DNA of 64,000 nt from Eledone cirrhosa. Its lineage: Eukaryota. The DNA lies in NCBI GenBank assembly GCA_964016885.1, contig OZ024743.1, positions 57,784,001 to 57,848,000 of the forward strand. Direction: 5' to 3'. Position numbers and translations under genes: made by a program. Shown in pieces: positions 55,062 through 64,000 of the stretch (position 1 is the stretch's first letter; each line of letters starts with the position of its first letter). The notes under the pieces are model-generated. The model saw nothing but the letters and a program-made list of their open reading frames with translations, was not told the DNA's origin and did not search any database.

Positions 55062-57157
55062 TTACATGCAGTAACCAGTTCATCTTTCTTGTTTAGGAGT
55101 TGGTCCGTCGAAAATAGCATTTGTAAAGTTTCCTCCGAGCATAAATTGCACGGACGGCGTCCTCCCGTGTAAGAATTGGCTCTGGACAGTAATCTCCAAG
55201 TGAGATCATAGGTGATGTTGTTGTCCTTGAGGTCCCATATGTGGCCCGAAAGTGTAGTGGCGTGACGCCGGGCCGGGTTTCGGAAGGTATGTCTATGTTG
55301 GTATAGCCGGGTCTTGAAGTCACATGCGGTAAGTCCTATATAGGCTTTGTTGGAGGTATCCGTCCTCACGTTGCACTGGTAGATCACATTACGGTCTCTG
55401 CATCTATTGTCGAGTGGGCAAATAGATCTATCCGGGCAGTTACACCTCCTGGTCGGTTCTCCACTGCTATTTAGGTTGTTTCTGCCATCGGGGTTGAGTT
55501 TTTTGTTGTTAGAGGAGACGATGTTTTGTGCGAAGTTTGGTGTAGTGCTGTAAGAGAGTTTGATGGTATTTTTGTTAATTATGTTGTGGTAGCGGTGTTG
55601 TAATGGGAAGTGTTTTTCAATGAGCCTAAAGAATAGTTTCCCGATGGGAGTAGTCACCTCTGCGTTGTGGGGAGGATTGAACCATGTTACATTGCGTGAG
55701 CGGCGGTGTCTCCTGCTGGTTCCGCTAATGGGATCTGGACAGTAGGATATTTCCTCCCGGAAACCACTCCGCTTGAGGGCCTGGTTGTAATAAGGCGCAT
55801 GTTCATCGAATATCCGCTCATTAGCTGACAAACGGGATATGCGGAGGGAGATGTTTTTGACCAGGTTGTTTGTGATGTTCCTAGGATGGTTTGATCGGCG
55901 GTGGATGTAGTGCAGATTGTCATTAGGTTTCCTGTATGGGTAGTACAGGTCGTTTTCGAGGTCGAGGGTTACGTCCAGGAAGTTTACTCGGGTCAGGGAC
56001 GTTTGTAGGGTTATTTTAAATCCCCAGTCGCGGAAGAATCTGATTAATTGTTTCCGGACCCGATCTATACTACTGGGGTTGTACCCTTTAAGGGTAAGGA
56101 GCCCATCATCACGGTACAATCCACCACCGAATGCAGGAAACATATCAGTGAGTTTGGCTATTAGGAATAATCCTATAAGATCAGTGACCTCCGCCGAATC
56201 CGTGGCGCCCATGCTGACGTCGAAGGGTGAGTCGGGAGCTCTTTTTATCCATTTAGAGTCGTCAAAGAGTAAGACTGTCTTCCTGGCGTGGAGGATGATT
56301 TTTCTTTCCTGGTCGGTGATGGGCACGAGTGTTTCGGCGAAGTCCAAGGCGGCAGTAAGTAGCGGTAAGGTGATTGAAGCATAGTAGCTCTCTATGTCGA
56401 ACTGTATGAATTTAGTTTCTCGTTTATCTTCCATATTGCTGAACCAGGAGATTACTTCCTGGGTGTTGATCCATAGGCTAAGTCGGGTGTGTTGCTTGAC
56501 TTTTGGTATCACGCGGTCTAGGATTTTTTTGCTGATTCTCCCTATGTCGGACTTCGTTGGGTTAATAAGCCTGATGGAGGGTTTACGGTCAAAATCGGAT
56601 TTATGGTCCTTCAGTGTGAAGTATGGTGTCCGTGGGTCTAGAGGTTCCGTGCGGTCGGCGACCCCGAGGCTGGAGGTGATTTGTTGTCCATCTCGATTTA
56701 TGTCCTCGATGCAAGAGTGGTTGGCCTTTTTATAGGTGGAGTTTAGGCTGCTCCTGATCAGTGTGTGGTATCTGTCAGGGTTGACAAAGTATAGGTTCCC
56801 AGTTTTATCCGAATGCACCATGATGTCATTTGTGTTATCATACTCTGTTAAGTTGCTACGGAGTTTTTGTAGGAATCGGTTGTGTCTGGGTTTAAATTTA
56901 ATGTTCTTGACCAGTTGGAAGAGGTCATTCTCGAAGGGTGCGAGCAAGGGGTTCAGGGGCGGAGATTTGTAGGTAATAAATCCGAATCTCTCCTTGGTGC
57001 CGAAGTCTTGGTTGTCGCAATATCTGTCATAGAAAAAAGTTCTCCATCTAAGTCTTTTCGCAAATAGATCAATTTTTTGCGTGAGCATCCGAAGGTAAAG
57101 TTTTTTCGGTGGGATTGGGATGTTCTTGGTAGAGAAGTCAATGTTGTGTTTTCGCAT
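55004..57157 (-). CDS. PLE reverse transcriptase with C-terminal GIY-YIG endonuclease (first ATG 57157; frame open to 57304)
   Basis: DKTGN, YFTLKDHK...IRLINP, FDIESYY (RT motif A), MGATDSAEVTDL (B), YRDD (C), NFLDVTL, CNCPDRSICPL linker, NVIYQC...YIGLT...FKTRLYQH (GIY-YIG), CNLC...CKH. Confidence 0.93.
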   Translation of the reverse strand: MRKHNIDFSTKNIPIPPKKLYLRMLTQKIDLFAKRLRWRTFFYDRYCDNQDFGTKERFGFITYKSPPLNPLLAPFENDLFQLVKNIKFKPRHNRFLQKLRSNLTEYDNTNDIMVHSDKTGNLYFVNPDRYHTLIRSSLNSTYKKANHSCIEDINRDGQQITSSLGVADRTEPLDPRTPYFTLKDHKSDFDRKPSIRLINPTKSDIGRISKKILDRVIPKVKQHTRLSLWINTQEVISWFSNMEDKRETKFIQFDIESYYASITLPLLTAALDFAETLVPITDQERKIILHARKTVLLFDDSKWIKRAPDSPFDVSMGATDSAEVTDLIGLFLIAKLTDMFPAFGGGLYRDDGLLTLKGYNPSSIDRVRKQLIRFFRDWGFKITLQTSLTRVNFLDVTLDLENDLYYPYRKPNDNLHYIHRRSNHPRNITNNLVKNISLRISRLSANERIFDEHAPYYNQALKRSGFREEISYCPDPISGTSRRHRRSRNVTWFNPPHNAEVTTPIGKLFFRLIEKHFPLQHRYHNIINKNTIKLSYSTTPNFAQNIVSSNNKKLNPDGRNNLNSSGEPTRRCNCPDRSICPLDNRCRDRNVIYQCNVRTDTSNKAYIGLTACDFKTRLYQHRHTFRNPARRHATTLSGHIWDLKDNNITYDLTWRLLSRANSYTGGRRPCNLCSEETLQMLFSTDQLLNKKDELVTACKHRLRRTYLALKPHNDPGG

Positions 57158-57328
57158 GGTGCGGGTGAAATGAATTGAGCTTAGCGGAAAAGTCTGGATA
57201 CGGCGTGGTAGGGTCGGAAAGTGCTCTACTACGGGAGTAGGAGCTAGATAACGAAGGAAATGTGGTAAGGAACCAGGTGGACCATAACGCACCAAAGTAC
57301 TCAATACTTGAGGTAGTAGAGTGGGTAA

Positions 57329-58593
57329 TAGGAACCAGTAAGACCCCGACAGCTGAGCTCAAGCCGTTTCGACGGCTAATTCTGGACTAAATGAACATTT
57401 ATCCTGGTATTTAAATAGCCGATCTTCTCAAGGGGTAATTCCATATATGGTCAAAGTGATTGTCAAAAATCAGTAGTAATTCTGTGGTTGCAAATTAGTA
57501 GGGGAGATGGTGGCTAAACCTGCCAGTAGGAGAAAGAGGGGAGGGGGTGGAGTAGACCCAATCAAGCGTTGGTAGTGCCAGCTACAGCTGGGCATGAGGT
57601 CAAAGAAGATACAGGGGAGGGGGAGGGGGAGGAAGTCGGAACGGTAGGTAGAACAATGGGGGGTAAAAATAGGAAAGAAAAAATACTGAGAGTGAAGAAA
57701 AGCAAATAAGTGTAAAGAAAAAATTAAATTCTACGACCTAGGTGTCAGGCTATTGTTAGGCGAGAATAAAATAAAGAAAGAAAGAAAGAAGTAAATAAAT
57801 AAATAAATAAATAAATAAGGAAATAAGTAAAAGAACTAGGTGGGACGAATTAGGCAAGGACCCTTTTAAGAGGTATAAGTACGTAAATGATACGGTGACT
57901 GGTCAACAAAAGGGGCCAAAATACTAAAGAGACTACCACGAAATAAACAATAAAGGTTTCCATCCCGGGCCAGCAACGACCCAGTGCAGCAAAGTGAACT
58001 TGTACGACATAATAATTCTGAGTCCCGGGAAAAATATATACTAATGCTAACTCTAAAAGATCTAAAACAAGCTACATGAAAGTTCGTACGAAATAAAGGT
58101 AGAATACGGAGAAATAAGTTCAGAATCCACCCCGCCCAGAAGAAAAGCGAAGCAAGAAATACTGAAACGAAAAAATAAGGCATAAGTGCCACTAAGAAAT
58201 ATAGAGGGCACAGAGAATAGTGGGAGCGGTCGGAAAAGGGGGGCAAGTATCCGGGGTCTAAGCCAACTGCTATAAAGGGCGGAGTCCGCCAAATCTATCA
58301 AAGACTAGGGGGGGGGGGGGAGTGGGGGTACTAAGGCTACATGGGGCCAAAGGGCAGCCTCGGGTGGGCGAGAAAAGACGCCGACAAAGGAGAAGAGCTG
58401 GGGTAGAAGGACAAAGGAGAAGGGGGAAGGAAATAAAGGATGCGATAAAAGAATACAAAGAAGATCTTACGTCTTCCTTGGCAAGCAGGGGTTACCCATT
58501 GCAAAATCGGCAACTGGGGTGTTATAGCCCTAGTCTACCCCCCCGGGTCATTATGGGGTTTGAGGGCGAGGTAAGTCCTACGCAATCTATGTT
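57329..58593 (-). repeat. 5' pseudo-LTR (partial tandem copy)
   Basis: Direct repeat of 53797-55061, including the last codons of the ORF. Confidence 0.93.
57343..57436 (-). ncRNA. Non-canonical (U3-A8) hammerhead-like ribozyme, copy 2, just upstream of the ORF
   Basis: Reverse complement of 59123-59216. Confidence 0.7.
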
Positions 58594-58594
58594 A

Positions 58595-59307
58595 GATGGA
58601 AACCTTTATTGTTTATTTCGTGGTAGTCTCTTTAGTATTTTGGCCCCTTTTGTTGACCAGTCACCGTATCATTTACGTACTTATACCTCTTAAAAGGGTC
58701 CTTGCCTAATTCGTCCCACCTAGTTCTTTTACTTATTTCCTTATTTATTTATTTATTTATTTATTTACTTCTTTCTTTCTTTCTTTATTTTATTCTCGCC
58801 TAACAATAGCCTGACACCTAGGTCGTAGAATTTAATTTTTTCTTTACACTTATTTGCTTTTCTTCACTCTCAGTATTTTTTCTTTCCTATTTTTACCCCC
58901 CATTGTTCTACCTACCGTTCCGACTTCCTCCCCCTCCCCCTCCCCTGTATCTTCTTTGACCTCATGCCCAGCTGTAGCTGGCACTACCAACGCTTGATTG
59001 GGTCTACTCCACCCCCTCCCCTCTTTCTCCTACTGGCAGGTTTAGCCACCATCTCCCCTACTAATTTGCAACCACAGAATTACTACTGATTTTTGACAAT
59101 CACTTTGACCATATATGGAATTACCCCTTGAGAAGATCGGCTATTTAAATACCAGGATAAATGTTCATTTAGTCCAGAATTAGCCGTCGAAACGGCTTGA
59201 GCTCAGCTGTCGGGGTCTTACTGGTTCCTATTACCCACTCTACTACCTCAAGTATTGAGTACTTTGGTGCGTTATGGTCCACCTGGTTCCTTACCACATT
59301 TCCTTCG

Positions 59308-59310
<3 letters not shown>
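58595..59310 (+). repeat. Inverted pseudo-LTR segment
   Basis: Reverse complement of about 57248-57964. Confidence 0.93.
59123..59216 (+). ncRNA. Non-canonical (U3-A8) hammerhead-like ribozyme, copy 3
   Basis: acccc-TTGAGAA-gatcggcta[37 nt]tagccgtc-GAAA-cggct tgagctc agctg-TC-ggggt. Confidence 0.7.
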
Positions 59311-59341
<31 letters not shown>

Positions 59342-59454
59342 TAACAGAGAAAGCTTTAAGCGATACTGTGACCAACTCCATTTTTACTCAACAAGCATTA
59401 GGATATACCTATGTATAATCCCAATTTAGTGTTTGGTTGTATTATTTTATATGA

Positions 59455-59642
59455 GGGCGGTGGATTGTCAGTATCGGTAGAGGGTCGGACGCCATGCTTT
59501 CCAGCATAGTTACGTCCCTTTACGATCTGAGTTCAAATCCCGCCAAGGTTGACTTTGCCTTTCATCCTTACGGGGTCTATAAAATAAAGTACCAGTAATG
59601 AACTGGGTAATTGCTGGCCGTGTGCCTAAAGTAGAAACAATT
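59455..59642 (+). mobile_element. Family A SINE (short-tail variant)
   Basis: Close copy of 16253-16440. Confidence 0.9.
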
Positions 59643-60006
59643 ATTTTATATGAGACATAATTAAATAAATCTCTCTTTCCTTCCATACGATCGTTTCCTT
59701 ATATTCCTTATAAGATTTCTACAAGTTGGCATAAATAATGTCCAGGTTATGTAGAACTTGTATATAATGCATAGATATACACACAAGCGGGCCCTTATAA
59801 CTCATCATATATATATATATATATATATATACAAATTAACTTGAAAATAGAGTTTTGAGACGCGAGTGTATAGGATTCTCAGTAAAATGGGAAAACTCGG
59901 CGTATGGAAGCTATTAGAACAGCAAAATACCGTTGAAGCGACGTTGGGTAAAATATATGATTTCCTTCGAATGAAACAGTTCTAGTCCTATTTACATAAC
60001 GCGAAG

Positions 60007-60108
60007 AAATATCGGTGATTCCTAGCAGACAGCTGATGATGGATGTTGCTCTCTTTCGAAAGAGGGTAATATCCATCATCAGTTGTCTGCTAGGAATTAT
60101 CGATATTT
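60007..60108. repeat. About 100-nt imperfect palindrome next to (TA)n
   Basis: aaatatcggtgattcctagcagacagctgatgatggat...ttcgaa...atccatcatcagttgtctgctaggaattatcgatattt. Confidence 0.88.
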
Positions 60109-60111
60109 ATA

Positions 60112-60149
<38 letters not shown>

Positions 60150-60180
60150 AGTAGTAACTCAACAGTTAGTTCACCATAAT

Positions 60181-60215
60181 GAGAACAATTGTTTCACGTG
60201 GCCGATCTTCAGCTC
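60181..60215 (-). ncRNA. Minimal hammerhead in a pseudo-LTR remnant (about 60150-60320) related to 36600-36740
   Basis: Minus strand: gag-CTGAAGA-tcggccacgt-GAAA-caattg-TT-ctc. The flank shares gtttctgcgca and atggtgaactaactgtt with the 36.7-kb copy. Confidence 0.65.
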
Positions 60216-61603
60216 GGACTGAGCGTGGTTAAACGGAAAAGGAAAAGGAAAAACAACCGTATGAATACGCTTGCGCAGAAACGGTCGAAAGGTGTAGGGA
60301 GATAACTGCAAATGTCCGGAATATATATATTTATATATACACATGTGTGTGTGTGGGGGGGGGGGGATATGTACATGTATATTTATATACGATATACTAT
60401 ATATATATGTGTTTGTGTGTGTATGTGTATGTGTGTGTGTATGTGTATATATATTCCTCGTCTAAGAAATGCAGTGAGGCATTGTTATAGTATTGATCTG
60501 TAACACAGGGACCTATTAGGGTATTACTGGTTTTGGTTGTGTTAGTACAGTAGTGGTGCTGATAGAATTAATATAGTAACGTCTGTTTGAAATATTATAT
60601 TTGGAACAATATTTAGATGTTGTATTTCTATGGCAATGGCTTGATCCGTGACGGTGTTTTGGGACTAAAATAATGTTATAGTGTAAAAATCATTCTAGCC
60701 ATTCAACAAATACATAAACCTGTTAAGTTTACTTTACATTTATGATTTATTTCCTAGTGTCAAAATGCTCGGCACACTCTTTGCAGCTTGGTCATTGACA
60801 CAGTTCCACAAATGTTGAGACCATGGAATATATGATAAATACAAAGCAACGATAACAGTTTTTATTTGTCTATCGACTTGTATTTGTCTAGCAAGAGACT
60901 TGATTCGAGACCATGGATTGAAACTAAAGCAATAGTATAGTACGGACATTTGAAAGAATAACAAATTTCCAACAAATTAAAAATGTTTATTAATAAGTTT
61001 TTGTCTAACTCTTATTTTAATTTGAAGATAAACGTATCTTAAATACCAAAGAGTAAAAGAAAACTCATCGAAATAATCCACACTGATAGACAGCCAGAAT
61101 TTAAAAAATCGTAGATCATAAGGTCCTCCATGTTGCAACCAAATATCAAAATGCTTTCACAACAAAGTTTTAAAAGGTAGTTTCAAGATTAATTTTGTTT
61201 CGTTCTTTAGATAATTAGTGCATAATAATTAGCGTTTTACAAAATAATGTAAACCCGAGAAACATGTTTAGATGAAATCCAAGAGCTCGGCTAGTCTGAC
61301 TTGAGGATCGAACCGGATCAGTTGGAGACGGTTGCTTCTTACAGAAGCCGCTGGAAGAAGTGTTTGAGGACTCTGTCCCCACGACCCTCTCAGTAATAAG
61401 TGGGCGAAGAAAAAGAAGCTATATACATTATATTTTCCTTTGGTTTTTCAAGTAGGTGATTTCTCTGTTATTTCTAGCAGGTAACCAGCATGTAGTGGCC
61501 AATCGTTGTCTCGTTTATAGTGTATATAGAGTTTACAGGGGAGCAATGAAATATGAAAGTTGGTGTAACATCAACCTATTATATATGATCTATGATACAT
61601 ATG

Positions 61604-61638
<35 letters not shown>

Positions 61639-62194
61639 ATATATATATACATACCTATATTTATGGGGAGTATATACACACACACTCCCACACATAACTA
61701 TACAGATATATGTATGTATATATAGTCAAAGATAAATAAACTTAATTACCCGAAACATACAAAAGACAAGTTAATGTAGAAACAACTAATATACGATTTT
61801 GCTGTTGTATTTCAATAATGTAGCAAAAAATCGATATACCATGCTATATCTAATATGTTTTCTTTGATGTATCTTCATGAAAGTGAACATCTCTGCCATA
61901 AATTTCATAGTAATTATAGCCGCGTTTGAATTTGTAATATTTCCTTAAATAAGATAAAGAGATTGCAATATAAATGTAGGATTTTAGTACTCTATGCCAC
62001 AAAATAAACCGCTTGATAAAACTGAACAAACTATTGGGGTTTTGCTTTGGAATATAGCTATGGATGCTCCATCTGGTATTAAAACAGATGCAGTAGTTAG
62101 TATATCTGAGTTGAAAAGGTGAACAGTAACTTGTTTACCCAAGGTAACCATCTGATACATAAAATGTTAAATTTATGTCAGAAATATGAAGTCA

Positions 62195-62325
62195 CGTCGC
62201 CTAGTGGGTAGGGTGCTCAGATCACAATGCTAAGTTCGTATGTTCAATTCCCATCGGCGTGGTGTGTCATTGAGCAAGACACTGCTCTAGTCCGCTCAGC
62301 TGGAAACATTGTGTTGTCCTCGTAA
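62195..62325 (+). mobile_element. Degenerate family B tRNA-SINE
   Basis: gcctagtgggtagggtgctc...gttcaattccc...tgagcaagacact. Confidence 0.6.
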
Positions 62326-63149
62326 TTCAAAGAACCAGAATTGCCACACAGTAGGCTCCACAAAATCTCCATGAAAATTACTTTTGAAGCTAGTGGAATA
62401 GCAATGACTTTACAAAATATAGATGTCTGATACTTTGTATAAACCAATATATTACATATTCCTGTAGAGAAGGGATTTATCGGAACCATTAGAGCCAGGA
62501 CCAGTCAAAATAAATGAGAGGCCTTGGGCTTGAGAACATTCGGTGTCTTCAACACCCAGAAAAAGAACATTTCATTTACAGCTAATACCTATGCAGGTTT
62601 AGTTAGATATCTACGATATTGTATCTGATAGGTTTCTTGGATGTTCTAAAGATACTGACTCCAGTCTGTAATTAAGATGAACGAGGATTGTAGCATCTTT
62701 CTGAAGAACTCGGTGCATTATCTGACCCAGGAATCGAACCTGTGACCATATAACAACGAGTTGAACATCGTAACCACTAAGCCACATTTCGCCACCAGCT
62801 CACAGGAAATTTAATGAAAATTAAATGTGTATAAGAGTAGGCTTTCACACGGAACGGTGCTGAGGTTCAAGCACTGATCAGTGCCGAACGCCGAAACAGA
62901 GTTTATAACCAAAGAAAAATAAATATATTTATAACAATTGTAATATTCTAAATCTTGTCAAATATATTTGGTACCATAACTATATTTTAATACATATTTC
63001 GCATATTTACAAAACAAGACGCCTCGAAGAACTACAAAGCCCTATGTTGTAGCTCACTTAGCCAGTATGTAAATTAGACACTGACTGGAGTGGGAGATTA
63101 GGTGCTTTATAATATTTATCTATATATGTTGTTGTCTTCCTGTTTCTTC

Positions 63150-63760
63150 TACAACAACTACAACGGTACGCGATGGGGCCCACCCACAGCCCCGGCGGAC
63201 AGAATGGAGAAGGCGTTTCCCCGGAGGACGGCAAGGGAAACGCGCTGGAAAAGCCACTCCAACTCGTGGGGCTCACACCTTCGGCTGGCCAGCTCAGCGC
63301 CTATGGTGGTGAGTAAGGAGGTAGCCCTGTGGTCAAGGACACCAGAAGACTCCACCGCAAACCTGTCGGAGAGCGACCGGTATTTGAGGAGTTTGGCCCC
63401 CTCAGCCCGACATGCAGCAGAACCTGGGTCAGTCGCAGACTGCACCTGGTTGCGGCTGCAGAAAGTGTCGGTGCAAGTGGCATCCCAGACGAGGGGTTTG
63501 CCACCGCGATACGAGAAGATGGTCATGCCATCTGGCCTTTTGTCGTCCCCTCGATCCAGCCCCACCGGCTCGAGCTGGGAAGGGAAGCCTGCAGCGTCCA
63601 AACCATCCTTAATGACCTCTTTGAGGGCAGCGTGGCGTGGAATGCGGCCGGCACTGTGGTGACAGGAAAGCGGGAGGAGGCCGAAAGTGTCCACGGTGGG
63701 ACGGCAGCGACATTGGTGTGGCTGGCAGATCCGGAGGCCGAGCTTCAGGGAAACACCGAT
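63150..63760 (-). mobile_element. CRE-like non-LTR retrotransposon 3' fragment (restriction-like endonuclease)
   Basis: LSCHHSAGRIPRHAALKEVI...LEPVGL.RGDDKRPDGMTIF..RGGKPLVWDATCTDT...AEGAKLLKY...AVESSG...LFQRVSLAVLRGNA is an RLE with the CRE-type tail. It forms a GC-rich island in AT-rich flanks. Confidence 0.8.
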
Positions 63761-64000
63761 TATATTCTGATTTCATATTTTCGCCTTTTATTCCACCCGC
63801 GTTCTATAAAATAATTACTAATAATTTACTGAAGATGTGTTCATTAACTATGCTCCTCATTTCTTCGTTTGCACAACTTGGTGTTGGATTTTAGCCAGAA
63901 ATCAATGGATCATTAATGAATTCATATGAAACAAAAGCTGTACCATTCATCACTATATTCCAAATCATTGATACATTTTCTTATAGTAAGTAAAGAAATT

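Larger units (their letters stand above)
53797..59310 (-). mobile_element. Intact Penelope-like retroelement, probably Hydra-type, with tandem and inverted pseudo-LTRs in (TA)n
   Basis: Single uninterrupted RT-GIY-YIG ORF. Direct repeats 53797-55061 and 57329-58593 are nearly identical, an inverted copy of about 57248-57964 lies at about 58595-59310, and (TA)n flanks both sides. The clade assignment is inferred from the CxCx5C linker and the (TA)n target. Confidence 0.93.

Noticed and set aside
62855-62912. Hammerhead-like ctgagg...gaaac with a gcactgatcagtgc hairpin (similar weak cases near 805-840 and 18045)
   Set aside because: Core and stems I/III do not fit without several changes.

Overview
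Eukaryotic, AT-rich, microsatellite-dense DNA with no confident host exon. The SINE families and (TA)n/(CA)n/(GA)n density suggest an octopod or other mollusc, which is inference only. The window is almost entirely transposable elements. These are one apparently intact, young Penelope-like element (PLE; RT plus C-terminal GIY-YIG, 53797-59310) with direct and inverted pseudo-LTRs inserted in (TA)n, at least four decayed PLE copies, a near full-length but frameshifted Tx1/L1-type LINE (about 18678-24319), an older antisense Tx1 copy, two Tx1 3' ends, R4/Dong-like, CRE-like and RTE fragments, two non-autonomous Helitrons, and about 20 tRNA-derived SINEs. The most notable signal is RNA structure. 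Many PLE pseudo-LTR remnants carry minimal hammerhead ribozymes (CUGANGA...GAAA with a palindromic stem III), several inside fold-back palindromes. The intact PLE lacks a canonical CUGANGA core but carries a non-canonical hammerhead-like fold in three copies (U3-A8 core swap UUGAGAA, enlarged stem II, GUC site, possible pseudoknot). All alignments and folds were read by eye, so coordinates may be off by a few bases.
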